Positions 1-13,880 are shown, numbered from the stretch's first letter. The stretch is DNA of 64,000 nt from Lama glama (GCA_028534125.1 CM052818.1:18726001-18790000), one strand, 5' to 3'. Numbers and translations: made by a program. The notes: generated by a model not told the origin, from the letters alone.

Positions 1-13
1 TTTCAAGCCTCAC

Positions 14-106
14 CTTTCATGACATCATGAAATCCATTCAGAGCAGCACCAACATTTGTTAGCACAGAACTGTAGTTTGTTCGAAGGAGTCCATCGGGCT
101 CTGTAC
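14..106 (-). CDS. PPP1R21: PPP1R21 exon 13 (STEPDGLLRTNYSSVLTNVGAALNGFHDVMK); gene continues beyond the window
   Basis: ttcctag acceptor, GTGAG donor, 93 nt; phase continuous with exon 12. Confidence 0.96.
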
Positions 107-499
107 CTAGGAAATCAAGATCACAAACCTAAGCATTTTCCCAGAAGACTCCTCCTGAAAAACTGATAGCCCACTATCTCCCCTGTACTTTAGAGAATGA
201 ATACTGTCTGTGATATGTTGAAAATAGTGGCTTTTAACATCATTGCAGACACATTCGGATAAAATGGTGATAATTGAAGACACATCTAAATTGATTTTCA
301 TCCCCTATGTCGACAAATATTAATGGTTAAGAATCAAAATTAAATTGCTCAGCAGGGTTATGTCTTTCACAATTCTTTTTGAAATAACGTCTCTGTGAAT
401 TTCACCTTATTACTATAGAACACATTTCTCATTTTGCTCTTTCCCTACAGATTATTATTTGCTGAACATCACTAAAAACACTATTACTCAAACATAGTT

Positions 500-1775
500 C
501 CAATTCTGGCACGACAGCACAACCCAGCTCCACAGATCCACTCCCAGTACAACTGGTGAAATTATTTTACAACCACTTAAAACGTTGGAAATTACCCTAA
601 GGGCACACAGCAAATGAAGAAATAGTTACTCAAGAAAACCTGTATCAACTTGGTAAGAACAGTAAGAATCTGTGGTATTTGAACCAGGACCCACTCTCTC
701 CCCCTACCAGTCAGTGAGCTAGAAATCCCAGTCCAGAGGGTACCGCCACTGACACAGGACTCCCTCTCCCCTAATTCAGCTGGACAGCTGAGTTCCTTAT
801 CTTGCTCCCAGCTACCTGTTGCTGAGGCTAAGTTCTAGGTAAGTATGACTCAGAGGTGGTGGCTTTCTTCTATCATCCAGCCCCGACTTGTGGGATGGAG
901 GCTTTACATGGGCATGGTGCTGCTGAGAACATGGGGCCTTGACCACCCTGACCCCAACTCATTAACAAGAGTTCCATGCTGAAAGAGGCAAGCTGAGGAG
1001 AGCTAGGGCTCCTGCCCTATCCTGTCCATGGAGTGCTCAAGCACTCATGCAAGAGTGTCACTCTGAGAGAAGTGCATCATTGTCCCCACCCTTAGCATAG
1101 AACCACGGCTCAGAGATTTAGTCCAAGGGAGAAACAGTTTTTTAAACAGAAAGCTCTGGATCTCTTTCCAAAAGAACTAATTTAATTCGCAACAGACTGG
1201 GGAGAAGTTTAAGCCTAGGGGTGCTGTGAAAGCAATTGATGTACAAAAGAAACTAGTACATTCATTGGAGATATAAGCTTAACTGACATCTATCAACTGA
1301 TTCTTAACAAGGGTTCCAAGACCATTCAACAGGGAAGGAATAGTCTTTCAATGCATGATGCTGAGACAGCTGGATAGCCACTATGCGAAAGATTAAGTTG
1401 AACCTTACCTCACACCATATACAGAAATTAACTCAAAATAGATCAATGACCTAAATGTAAGAACTAGAAGTATAAGACTCTCAAAAGCACCCATAAGGAT
1501 AAGTCTTCATGACCTCACATTTGACAACAGATTCTTAGGTATGACACCAAGAGCCTCAGTACCAGAAGAAAAATAAATTTGACTTCATTAAAATTAAAAA
1601 CTTATACTTCAAAAGACACCATCAACAAAATGAAAAGATAATCTGTAAAAATGGAAGAAAATCTTGAAAATCAAATCTCCACTAGGGAAATGCAAATCAA
1701 ACCTACAATGAGATACCACTTCAAAAAGTCGGGTAACAACACAAGGGTGGCTAAAATCAAAAAGTCACATAACGA
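500..1775 (+). mobile_element. Old L1 relics (5'-end-like segment, then ORF2 fragments)
   Basis: 1285-1775 reads as degenerate L1 ORF2 (caactgattcttaacaaggg, aaaattaactcaaaatagatc, aaatgcaaatcaaacctacaatgagatacc); 500-1280 resembles an L1M 5' end with less certainty. Confidence 0.7.
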
Positions 1776-4700
1776 GGGGGAGAACAAGATGGCAGAGTAG
1801 ATGGACATTAAGCCCACCTCCTCCCTCAAAAATACATCTACAAATCTCACAGAATATCTACTGAAAGCTGAGAGAATATCTCATACAACCAAAGCTGCAA
1901 GAAAGATTCACATGAAACTGGGTAGGACAAAGGGAAAGGGGAGAAGAGGAAGAATTGGGGTGGGACATACACCCGAGGGAGCTGTGAAAGAGGAAAGGTT
2001 CCCTCATCCTGGGAACCTCCGTCACTGGCTGGGAGGTCTGCCGGGACAGATAGGGAGCTCCAGAGGCTCAAGAGGAGAACGCAGGACCTGGTTTGCAGCA
2101 CTGCAGGGTATAGAGAGACCAGCACAGATGGTCCTTGCTACATCACAGCACTTCCCAGGCCCAGACACAAGCCTGCTAGTGTGTGCAACAGTTGGTGCTG
2201 AAGTGGCCCCTAAGGGCAGGACCAGCAACAGTGAGCTTTGTGAATGCACATACCATGTGGCAAGAGGCATCACAGAGTCACACATCCCAGTGAACAGCTC
2301 CTGGGAAAGAACATGCAGTGGTTCCTTTCCCAAAGGAGTACTTTAGTCCCGCCTACCTCACACCACAGCTGGGAACCAGATCTGAGGGCTTCTACTCCAA
2401 CAACTGGGGAGCAGACCCCACCTCCAAAAGGGCTGTGACAACTATAGAGCACAGAGGAGGCCCCACCCAACATCCAGTGCAGACTCTGGCCACAACACCA
2501 AACATGCCCCCTGGCAAGGGGACAAGGGCCATCATATCCTGAGGAAAGATGGCAGGAATCCATATCAAAAACAGCCCTTGCACCAAAAATATTGGACTCA
2601 CACAGCCTACACAGGGTCACTCTTACATAAAAACAGCCCTTGAAGGCCGCAGTAGATAACTGTTTCTCCGAAATTCATAGAAATAAAAGTAAAATGAAAA
2701 AGCAGAGAAACTACTACCAATTAAAAGAACAAGAGAATCCCCTGAAAGAACAATGGAAACAGACTTCTCCAGTCTATCAGACCCCGAGTTCAAACAGGAG
2801 GTAGTAAAAATGCTGAAGAATTAAAGAAAGACTATCGAAAGAAATGCACATTTCTGTAACAAGGAACTAAAACTATAAAGATGAGTCAATCAAAATTAGA
2901 CAACTAGGGGGGACTATAGCTCAGTGGTAGAGCATGTGACTAGCATGCTCAAGGTCCTAGATTCAATCCTCAGTACACCCATTAAAAAAATAATAATAAA
3001 CCAAGCTAAGCAATCAATAGCAAAGTAAATAATGCAGACAAACAAATAAGTGACCTGAAAGACAGACTAAAGGAAATCATCCAATCAGAACAGAAGACAG
3101 AAAGACAAATGAAAAAAAAAAATGAAAGCAATATAAAAGACCTATGGGATAATATAAAGCGTAACCAACCTACACATAACAGGAATTCCAGAAGAAGAAA
3201 AAGAAAAGGGGACTGAAACTATATTTGAAGAAACTGTGGCTGAAATTATCCCAAACATAAAGAAAGAAACAAATATCCAGCTACAGGAAGCACAGAAGGT
3301 CCCAAACAAGGTAAATCCAAACAAACCTACTCCAAGATATTTCATAATCAAAATGGCAAAAGTTAAAGAGAGGATTCTAAAGGAAGCAAGAGAAAAACAA
3401 AGAGACAGTTACAAGGGAATCCCCATAAGGCTACCAGCTGATTTCTCTAGAGAAACTTTGTAGGCCAGAAGAAAGAGGCAAGATATATTCAGTCTTGAAA
3501 GGGAAAACATGCAACCTAGGATACTGTACACAGCAAGATTATCATTTAGAATAGAAGGAAAGAGAAAGAAATGTCTCAGACAAGCAAAAACTAAAACAAT
3601 AGAGCAATACTAAACCTATCCTAAAAGAAATATTGAAAGGTCTTCTCTAAATAGAAAAGAAGCAAAAATCTATAGGGAAGGGAAAATCACAATAGTTTGA
3701 TTGTTAAAAAAAAATCAAAAAATTCTGTGAAAGCAATTATAACTACAACGAACAGCAAAAGGATAAACATGAAGACGTAAAATAGAACATCAAAATCACA
3801 CGTGTGGGGGAGGGGAGTACGAAAATACAGATCTTTTATAATGTGTTTGAGCTTATATGACTACCAGTCTAAAACAACTAGATATAGCTATGAGTTAATA
3901 TACTTGAAAACCAGGGTAACCACAAACCAAAAACATACAACAGATTCATGGAAACCAAAAAGAAAAGAACTCAAACATAATACAAAAGAAAACCATCAAA
4001 CCACAAAAGGAAAAACAAAAAGGAAAGAGGAAAGAAGAATACAAAATCAACTGGAAAACAAGGTTTAAAATGGTAATAAATACATACTTATCAATAATCA
4101 CTTCAAATGTCAATGGACTAAATGCTCTGATCAAAAGAGACAGAGTGGCAGACTAAATAATACAATAAGAACCTACAATATGCTGCCTACAAGAGACCCA
4201 CTTTAGGGAGAAAGACACACATAGATTGAAAGTAAGAGGATAGAAAAAGATGTTTCATGCAAGTGGAAATGACAGGAAACCAGGGATAGCAATATTCATA
4301 TCAGACAAAACAAACTCTAAAACAAAGACCATTAAAAAAAGACAGAGAAGGACACTATCTAATGATCAAAGGATCAATACAAGAGGATACCACATTCATT
4401 AATATGTATGTACCCAACATAGGAGCACCTAAATACATAAAAAAATACTGACAGACATAAAGGGAGAAATTGAATGGGAATACAATAATAGTAGGAGACT
4501 TTAACACTCCAATGACATCAATGGACAGATTTTCAATCCAGACAGAAAATCAATAAGGCAACAGAGATCACAAATGACACATGAGAACAGTTAGACTCAA
4601 CTGATATCTACAGGACACTGCATCCAAAAAAACCAGAATACACATCCTTCTCAAGTGAACATGGAACATTCTCTAGGGTAGACCACATACTCAGACACAA

Positions 4701-5310
4701 AACAAGTCTCAACAAATTTAAGAAGACAGAAATTATTTCCACCATCTTTTCTGACCAAGACGGCATGAAACTAGAAATCAACCACAGAAAGAGAAACAAG
4801 GAAAAAAAATACTACATGGAGACTAAACAACATGCTACTAAAAAGCGAATGCATCACCAATGAAGTCAAAGAGGAAATTAAGAAAACAGATAAAAAACAA
4901 ATTTCTTCTGTATAGCACGGGGAACTGTACTCAATATCTTGTAATAACCTACAATGAAAAATATGAAGACAAATATATGTATATATATGTATGATTGAAA
5001 CATTATGCTGTACACCAGAAATTGACACATTGTAACTGACTCTACTTCAATTAAAAAGTAATAATAATGTAGTCACAATTAAACAAATCAAAAAATGGAC
5101 AGAAGACCTAAATAGACATTTCTCTAAAAAGACATACAGATGGCCAACAGGCACATGAAAAAATGCTCAATATTGCTAATTATCAGAGAAATGCAAATCA
5201 AAACTGCCATGAGGTATTGCCTCACACCAGTCAGAATGGCCGTCATCAAAAAGTCTACAAATAATAAGTGCTGGAGAAGGTGTGGAGAAAAGAGAAACCT
5301 CCTACAATGT
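1776..5310 (+). mobile_element. Lineage-specific L1, rearranged: 5' UTR, broken ORF1, endonuclease part of ORF2, a 3' end, then a distal ORF2 piece
   Basis: Starts GGGGGAGAACAAGATGGC; ORF1 remnant about 2694-3650 (IQLQEAQKVPNKVNPNKPTPRYFIIKMAK); ORF2 ATG at 4070 (MVINTYLSIITSNVNGLNALIKR then stop); 3' UTR 4885-5060; ORF2 C-terminal piece 5080-5310. Confidence 0.93.
2907..3000 (+). mobile_element. tRNA-derived SINE (camelid Vic-1-like) inserted in L1 ORF1
   Basis: GGGG start, A-box TAGCTCAGTGG, B-box-like GATTCAATCC, A-rich tail. Confidence 0.85.
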
Positions 5311-5369
5311 TGCTACAAATCCTTACGCTTTGTCCTCTCCATTTAAGAAAGAAGAAGGAGAGAAAGAGA

Positions 5370-5550
5370 TTTAATATTTAATGTATGTCTTCAATGTCTG
5401 ATATTGTACATTTTAAATTCAACTGAATATACTTCCATTTTATAAATGGGAAAACAAGAGCAGAGAAGTAAAGTGATTTGCCCAAGGTCATATATTTTTA
5501 AGGGGCTGGACAAATTGAATTCAAGTTTTTCTCACCCCAGATCCTAGGCT
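5370..5550 (-). mobile_element. MIR SINE
   Basis: ccattttataaatgggaaaac...aagtgatttgcccaaggtca is the reverse MIR core. Confidence 0.75.
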
Positions 5551-5643
5551 TTTCTCACTTAAACATGCCAAACCCCCTCCCTTCTCTAGCTTTCTGTAAC
5601 TCTAAGTTCTTCAAATTGAATCAAGAGCAAAAAACACACTTAC

Positions 5644-5780
5644 TTGGCAAGGCGAGAAGACCAATGTAAGTCTGCAGCTTCTCAAACACAGCTGTCATCT
5701 TTTTCATGTCCTGAGACAGCTCTATATTCCTGGCTCGTAACGCAGACGTGCAAAGGGAAGCTTCACATTCTTCTTCTAAA
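5644..5780 (-). CDS. PPP1R21: PPP1R21 exon 12 (SLEEECEASLCTSALRARN...YIGLLALP)
   Basis: ttcctag acceptor, GTAAGT donor, 137 nt. Confidence 0.96.
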
Positions 5781-7862
5781 CTAGGAATGGGCAAATTTTT
5801 TTTAAAGTGAGCATCCTGAATGATTTTCAATTCGTTATAAGAAACCATCTAAATTCTCAAACATCTATACCCAAAGAGAGAATTTGCCAAAAAAAAAAAA
5901 AAAAGAAAGAAAGAAATTTGACCTGATTGACAAGGTTCCATTTTTTATACCATAATATACACACCTGCTTGCTGCAAATGCCAATGCAGCAAAGGACAAC
6001 TAAATGGAGGAAATAAAGGCAGGTGCCCATTATCTTTCCATCCTGAGAGCAGCACAAAAATGTTTCCCTTAAAAATATTTTTAGGAGAAAAATATTTCAT
6101 AGATTGAATTCCTAAAGAGAACTAATTAAACAGGAACGAGGAGAGAGAATCATTAAGAAAACTTTTTCAGTGTATGTAGTTTCAAAAGTCAGACTGGAAA
6201 AAACAATCTATAGGCTCAATCTGAAAGTAACTGCTTAACATTCATAAAATATATTTTACCATTTTCTATTTTTAAATGGTAAGGTTAAAAAACTACATAG
6301 ACTCTCAATAGTGTTTATTAAAAATGTGCAGGTAATCAGGTAAAATGCTTTTTACACAAAGCTAGGAAAGTTATTAGCACAAGAATGATAATGACATCCA
6401 CTCTCTTGACCCTGCCATTTCTATTTATTTATAGCAGACAGCTTCATTCAATACTAAGCCCATTTACTACTAAAGAACAGGTCATATTGTCAATTAAAGT
6501 GGTATTTAAACCAATGACAAAAAAAATTGCCTAGAAACATGAATACCTGATAAGGTAGGGCTGAAAGCATATGGGACAGAACATTCCAAGAATAGGAATC
6601 TTAGATCAAGAAAGGACTTATACAGTGTTTCTAAAAATGTAATGTTGAAAAAATTAATTAAGATAAAATAAAAATGCATAACTATTTCAAGTAGTAAATA
6701 CCACTTTTGCAATGGTTCTTAAACATTCTTTTTAACATAAGTCAAACCAATAAAGTATATTCAGTGTTAAACTTATAAAGTCAATTTTCAAAAAACTTTA
6801 ATTACACTGAACTTAAAACATTAAAGGATCTGAATGAAACTATAACTCATAATTATTAGTTCAAGTCATAATTCTCTGATTCCTAAAATTCTGTCATATG
6901 CACTAATCATGGAATTCAGTTACTAAAATACCTTGTTAGGTTAGAATTGGGAAGTAAGATGGCTCTTAACACATAATAATTTCTCTATAATAAAATTTCA
7001 CATTTTTGAAAAGTTAAAATCTACTACTTTAGTTCTGCAAGGACTTAAAAACTCTAAGTACTTGTATTATTTTCAATACTGTAAGTTATTCATTTACATA
7101 TTTCCTAAACCTTAGTTTGCAATATGGTATAATACACATATGTTCTTATTTCTCTTATGTTCCAGTTGTACTGTTCTTTCATTTAGCCTTTTTAAAGACT
7201 AAATCTCAGGATGAAAAGATTTAGATGAATTAGGAGTCTTGGTAGTTTTAGACCAAAAGCATCAAAATGTACATGCAATGTTCTCAAATTTCCAGTTACA
7301 TAAATTATTTGCTCTTGCCTTTCCAGAAATATTTAAGATGGAATATTTAAGCTTATTAAATTACATATGATATGAAGGCTGGAGTAAATAAACAAAATTT
7401 TTACTTTATAACTTAAATAAATTACCAATAATAAAAACAACAATATACTATTTCAAAGAAAACTAAGGATTATGCATTCAAATGTAGAGGCTGTTATATA
7501 CCCCCATCTAGATGTTTACAGTAAAAGGATGATAAATAACCAAAATTGAATTGCTTTCAATAAGTGTGTCATTCGCAAGCATTAAAAATACTGGTTCACA
7601 TAGCATTACATGGTTATCGTAGTATTCACAGTACAGAACTACTGAAAAAACCCTAGCTAACAAACAACAATTCAATTTTTTTAAATCTAAGTTTGTACTG
7701 CTCAAGCCACAATTTTCCTTTTTCACAAAAGTCCAAACTGGCTGTGGTGCAGATAACTCAGGCACATCACAAGGCTCACATGTTAGTACTTCATTAACTC
7801 CAGCACAGGTCAGGTGACACCTCATAATTCCCCAAGCTCCCTGGCCTTAAGGGCTAAAGTAC

Positions 7863-7951
7863 CTTTTTAACTGATAGGGAAGAATCTTCCTAAGAAAACA
7901 TATGTAAGAGGTTAAATGCTCTGAAAAAGTTTTCAATTTCACAGTTGTCTC
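7863..7951 (-). CDS. PPP1R21: PPP1R21 exon 11 (ETTVKLKTFSEHLTSYICFLRKILPYQLK)
   Basis: ttccag acceptor after an 89-nt intron, GTACTT donor, 89 nt. Confidence 0.95.
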
Positions 7952-8040
7952 CTGGAAAAGAAAAACAATTTCAAGGTTAATAGTGCCATCTGAAAAAGAA
8001 GAGCTCCCGCTTCCAGAAGTAAAACGTTGAAGGAAATTAC

Positions 8041-8142
8041 CAGGACAGTCACAGTATCCTCAGTAATACTTTCAAATAAATGAAGCATTCCTTCCTCAAG
8101 AGGGCGAACATAGGATGCATTTTCATGAAGATATTGTGAGAA
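8041..8142 (-). CDS. PPP1R21: PPP1R21 exon 10 (FSQYLHENASYVRPLEEGMLHLFESITEDTVTVL)
   Basis: Manually translated; atttag acceptor, GTAAT donor, 102 nt. Confidence 0.96.
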
Positions 8143-9444
8143 CTAAATAGAAAGGAAAGAACTGAATTAAATCACTGGAAAACAAAGGATATCAACACAT
8201 TTATAAATGGACTCACTGAGTTATAAACCTAAATTCTTTTGGAAACTTTTTTTGGGATGTTTGACTTTTACACAGAGCTCCCTGCTAGCAATCCCAGATA
8301 CTATCCCCAAGTCCCCATCCCACTGCACAAGGGGGAACTAGAAGAGGGGTGACAAAATTAACAAGCAGGCAAGGGGGTACCACTTACAACCCAGCACCAA
8401 CAGGCCTTCTTCCCTCAACACCTGCTTGGGTACAGAGGTTCCAGTTTAAAAAAAAAAAAAAGATTTGATAATCAAAATTGTATGACATAGACTTTTGTAT
8501 TATTTAACTCATTTTTTTTAAGAAACAAGCCCCTTAAGGACAGCTTCTTATTTTTACTATATACAATGCTCAAAGTTAACAAATTCCAGGGATGTTGTCA
8601 TCATCAAAACTTTTATAAAAACTTTTATAACTGTCACGGATACCGTAATACCTACAAAGGATTAACTCAGTGTGAAGATAAGATTTCTAAAGAGACTCCA
8701 CAGGCACTTGGATAATTTCAAAAAAAAAGTTAATTTTTCACTTGTGAAATATCTGTTATCTAAGAACTGTATAATGGCTCAGGATTCAGTTCTTCAGAAC
8801 AGAAATGTAAGGTCCCATTTTGCACAAATGTGATTCATCTGGCCCTACTGCAAGCTACACAGATATACAGGCCTGGGGAACTCAACCTCTCTGGGCTTCG
8901 ATGTGCAGAGCTGTAAAATAAGTTAACTCTAAGCTCACAGGTATAAATGGTATAAAAGTCTACTTTATGAATTCTAAAAACAAGTCTAAACACTTTGGTC
9001 ATCTTTTAACACATGGTTTCTGAATCTTTTTCAATAATACTTATTGGGAAACCCACACTGGGCTTCTCAGAGGCCAAAGCACCAAAGGTAAAGTATTGAG
9101 AAAAATATGAATTCCTCCAAGTAATTAAATGCTTAAGATGAACATATTTGATTCTCACTCTGTGCGCATAATATGGCAACAAACTAAAATAAAATAATGG
9201 ACAAAGAACAAGTATCGAGTGGGAAGTCTTCTTTTCTCTTATAAGTTTAAAAGAAAATACAACTACATTAAAATGCCACAGTTCCATTTTCCTTACCCAG
9301 GTCATCTGAAGGCTTTTTCCCGCAGTGATATTAAAGGGCACTTCGAAAACCTCAAGTTTAATTTTTATGAACTTCAAGAGAATAGTTTCATCAAAACTGA
9401 TGAAAACCAAGCATGGCTTCCCATGTGGAAGGCAGCACGTGACG

Positions 9445-9670
9445 ATGGTAAGAGCTGGCCTTCCCTGAGTGCCCACTATGTGCCAGGCACTGTTCTTAGT
9501 GCCGTACGTGTATTATATCATTGAACCCTCAAACATACCGCCAGGGAGGTACTATGTCCTGCATTTTCAAGATGCATAGAGAGGATAAGTAAGTTGCCCG
9601 AGGGGACACAGAAAATGGCAGAACTGGGCTGGGTCCCCAGGAGTATGACTCCAGAGTGCAAGCCTCTGCT
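9445..9670 (-). mobile_element. MIR SINE
   Basis: cactatgtgccaggcactgttct...aagtaagttgcccgagg. Confidence 0.8.
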
Positions 9671-10417
9671 ATGCTAATAGGCACTTACAGGATCTGTGGA
9701 CATAATGCAACTCAAACCCTGTAAATATTGCAGGATGCACACACAAAAAAAGGAGGGGGGGTGATGACAAGAAGAATTGGGTAAGTAGAAGAGAGGCAAG
9801 ACTCACTTCAGACCGCCAGTTATAGGGCACTGAGTGCGCGTGGACAGCGAGATCCCCACCTTCCTCCCTCCGGGACGGCCCTGATGATCCTGCCTCTGCT
9901 CGTCTCGGCTCTGAGTAACATACCAGCCTCGCACACTGTGTCAGGGCTGGTCTGTGTGACCCGTCCCATACAGCAGGAGTGACGGTATGTGACTACATGC
10001 ATACTCTCTCTGCTCTTCCTCTCTGTGGTTTTGCTCATGCCTTCCCCTTTTCCGGGGGGAAAACACCTATCCTGCTTCTCTCCTCCTATCCAAATCATGC
10101 TCATTTTTCAAAGCTCAGTTAAATCATGAAAGAATCTTTCCAGACACTATCACCAGCAGCAACCCTCCCCTCCCTGATGACCTCATATCACTTGCTGCTC
10201 CTAACGCTCACTCACACTAAGGTCTTTTAACAACACCCTCGTTCATTTTTTAAGAATCTCCATAGTTGCCATATTTTCTTGAGGGCAAAGCCTATGACTT
10301 ATAGTTTTTCCCATGTCCTCCATAGTACTTCACTGATGCACAGACATGGTCTGATAATAAATAACAAGTCTCCATGTGTGTTCAGGGCAGACAGAAGGTA
10401 TCCTGAGTTAAATTTAC

Positions 10418-10567
10418 CTTCTGATTCAATGGAGATATAGTGTCGATGGCAGAGTCAACAGGAAAAATCTGAATCCTTTGTTCTGTGTAAGTGTGAAAGT
10501 TCAGAAGAGCCTTGACAAGATCCTGAACAAAAGCCAGGGCCTGCCCAGCAATATCCCGCATCTTCAG
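10418..10567 (-). CDS. PPP1R21: PPP1R21 exon 9 (LKMRDIAGQALAFVQD...TISPLNQK)
   Basis: ttttaaag acceptor, GTAAAT donor, 150 nt. Confidence 0.96.
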
Positions 10568-11058
10568 CTTTAAAATGAAAAAGATACAGTTAAAGTCAGC
10601 TACCAAGTTATGATTTCCAAACAACTTTATTAACTCTGCTTTTGGAGAAAATATTTGAATTCTAATTATTCCTTAATTTAAATTCATTTGCACCCACTTA
10701 GATTTTAACATTACCACCTAAATAAGTTAGAAAGCCACCAGTTTTGACAAATATACCTCCTCCACTTAACTTAGACTGTTAAAGTGCAACGTCCACCAAG
10801 CTAAACAAAAGGTATGACTCACAAAATTAGTGCATCCCACAATTTGGTTCTAATGTTATCAGATAAGAGAGACAGCAAAAATCTGTATCATTTACAAACT
10901 CAAAAACAGCAAGTTACACAATTTAAAGTCATGTATGAGAAAGGAAAGCTGAAGTTAAACGCAATGTTTTGGTGCACTAAACAGAGGCCCAAACAACTAA
11001 TGCATGTTTCTGAGAAGTGTGACACGCAAATTGCTGAAAATAAAAGCTTCATCTTTAC

Positions 11059-11111
11059 CTGATGTCTCCTATTGTGGACCGGAACGTTCAGAGCATTATA
11101 CTGACTATACT
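11059..11111 (-). CDS. PPP1R21: PPP1R21 exon 8 (KYSQYNALNVPVHNRRHQ)
   Basis: tttgcag acceptor, GTAAAG donor, 53 nt. Confidence 0.95.
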
Positions 11112-11419
11112 CTGCAAAGCAAAAATGGATATACATTAAGTCATTTTGCAGTTACAGGAAAACAGCTTAACTGAGAAATACTGAATGCCCTGCAGCAAAA
11201 TCAGCTTCACATAAGAATTTAAGATGATCAAAGCCACAATCACAGTACAGGAGAATGATGGAACTTACACAGAATCAGTTGTTTCTCAGGTAAGGTAATA
11301 GTTCCATTTTTTTTTTTAACTTTAGGATAAAAAACCAAACCCCAACCCTGTGTTTCTAAGAAATCATTTCAAAAATTCTTTTGGGGCCCAACAAGATTAC
11401 TTAGAAAGGCTCATAATGT

Positions 11420-12730
11420 TCTTGCCATCTTCTGTCACTCTTCCTGAAATAGCCCTGCACACAGCTGCCACACTAATCATCCAAAAATGCCAGTGTTTCC
11501 ATGACACTACAATATTTGAAAATCTATCACTGTCTGCTATCACTGACTCCAATGACTCAATCCTAACTTTTCTGGGTGGTTTCCACACCTTTCTCACAAT
11601 CCTCCTCTAGAGTCTGCCCTAGAGTCTGTCACTGATTCTGATAGCCTCCATTTCTATTAGATCAGCTGTGTACTCCCAGCTTGGTCTCCCGTCCATCAAT
11701 ATGCATTCTCCTATTAGCCCTTTTTCCGCCTTGCTCATATTCCTTCCCAGCCTGGTCATCATTTTCAACACTGCTCTTACTAACAGAAAACTAGATCAGG
11801 ATCCACGACAATATATTCTGCCTAATTTAAGCAGGGAGGGGTCTTCAAAGTTACTCAGCCCTCCATGATTTCATTGCTGTGTCTCTATCATACTTCACAT
11901 AACATCTACTCCAAATCTTTTGAATTTCAAGCCCCCAATACCATTCCTCCTTTCCTCCTCTACCCTATGGATGGGTTGGCCTCCCCCTACAATGTCAAGA
12001 CTAGAGCCAAAACACAAGGGGTTCTTACACTCCTCACTCTCTATCCCAGAGTCTATGGCTTCACATATCCTTTCCTCGGCTAAACTTCTGGGCCCCTAGC
12101 AACAGCCCCTTCTGACCCCAGCAGGCCTTAGGATGTCTATCACCCCCTCCTTCCTATACTTTCAAAATCACTTCATTATAAAAAGAGCATCTTTTGCAGC
12201 TTGTTTATCCCCACAGTGACATTTCCCTTTTACTTATATCATACTTCATTCTCTGCGCACCCATCCCCCGTGTGCACAACCTCTCCTTTTTCTCTTCTGG
12301 AGTACTGAGGATCAATATTCTGGCAGATTGGTGTGCACTGCCCTCCACACCCCATTGTAGCCTCCGGTCAGACTTAACAAAGTACTGCTCAGCAGGCCCT
12401 GACAGCACCTTTCATCCTACATACCACGCTCCACGCAGTTCCCTGGCTCTTTCTTCCTCATCTCTCTGACCAATAAAACCTACTCTGGCATCCTGGCCCA
12501 ACTTAAAGCACACTTTTTCCAAAAGGGCTTCCCCAAACAACCCCACCAGCAGTAATCAGCCTTCCTCTGAAACTCCAAGAGATTCTTCATGGAATAGCTT
12601 AGCCCGTATTTTAGACATTTCTACATCTTATCTCTCCCCTACTGGACTACAAATTTCTTGAGGGTAGAGATTTTTGTCTTATGCATTTTTAACATATTCT
12701 ATGCTCCCTGCCAATCTAGACTTTCAGCAA
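11420..12730 (+). mobile_element. L2 fragments
   Basis: Pyrimidine-rich L2-like tracts; 3'-end motif ctcccctactggactacaaatttcttgagggtagaga. Confidence 0.55.
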
Positions 12731-13785
12731 ATATCTCTATATACGTCAGAACTAAAAGTAGTAACCTATTTGTGACATAATAAGGACTTAAAATAGTTAC
12801 AACTAGTACTAGAAAAGAAAGCACAAACCTAAAGAGATTCAGAAAGAAATTCTAGATCTGATGACTGATAGATACAAGGGTTAAGGGTGAAATGAAATGC
12901 CAAGGTTTCAAGTCTACTAGATCAAAGTACACTGGTGCTATTTACATTAATGTAGAAAACAGTAAAAACAGGTGTTTTCAGAGAATTTAGGTTTTTGATG
13001 CAATAATGACATATGTTGATTTCAGTGTTAGATCACACTGCTATTTTTCTTTGGTGTCTTTTCTTTCCTCTTTCTTTAGGTTTTCCTTAAGAAAAATCGA
13101 GACGTCATCAAAAATTAATTTCAATCATATAATTATGAAAAAGGAAATGTGTATGCATTTGAATTTAAGTTTCTGAATCCAATTAAATGTTTTCTTTGTT
13201 TTCAAGTTTTTGATTTAATTCTTGACTAAAGATCACAAATTTGGCACCTGTTCTACACATAAGTTGATGTTTTATTTTTCCCTAAGTTCTTCTTGTTGCT
13301 CTTGGCTGTGTAAACTACCAGACCATTCCCAGGATGAGCAGGAAGCAGGGCTTACCCAAGTCAGCTCCCTAACTATCACTGGGGACTGTCCAAAGGGCAG
13401 GAGCGACCAAGCTAAGAAGATTCACTTCCCACTCATCCCCCTACTCCTCTCCCGCCTCACTGCCCACCATGATCAACTTTTCTTATATAAATATCCAGGT
13501 ACTTTATGTGCAGGTTGGTTTTCACCTTGGGATACGCTAAATTTGTGCAACAAAAAAATAAGTTTTGGGCTTTTTCCAAGTCTAGCTTTGGAATAGTTAT
13601 ATGATAACTTAAAATCTCCCCATAAAACATTAAGAGCCAAAGCTTATCCAAAGGACAAAAGGAAAGCAACCCTCTGTTGGGCCAATGAGATTTTCTGACA
13701 AATAGGTCAGAAATTATGCTAATTAGCTGGTTATCACAAAGAGGTTCAGAGTTGCAAACACTGGAAAACTGTACATAATACCTAC

Positions 13786-13880
13786 TTGTATCATTAAAAG
13801 GTACTTTTTCACTGATGATTGATAAGGATTCCTCTAATCTACCTGACAAATCTTCATGAAGATTCTTTAACTGTAACTGA
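13786..13880 (-). CDS. PPP1R21: PPP1R21 exon 7 (QLQLKNLHEDLSGRLEESLSIISEKVPFNDT)
   Basis: Pyrimidine tract + cag acceptor, GTAGG donor, 95 nt; phase fits exons 6 and 8. Confidence 0.95.

Noticed and set aside
1801..2346. 181-aa ORF in the L1 5' UTR
   Set aside because: No recognisable domain; lies in GC-rich retrotransposon UTR
2907..2980. Possible tRNA gene (also 40986-41060)
   Set aside because: Has A/B boxes but degenerate stems, an A-rich tail and insertion inside L1 (TSD on the second copy), so these are SINEs
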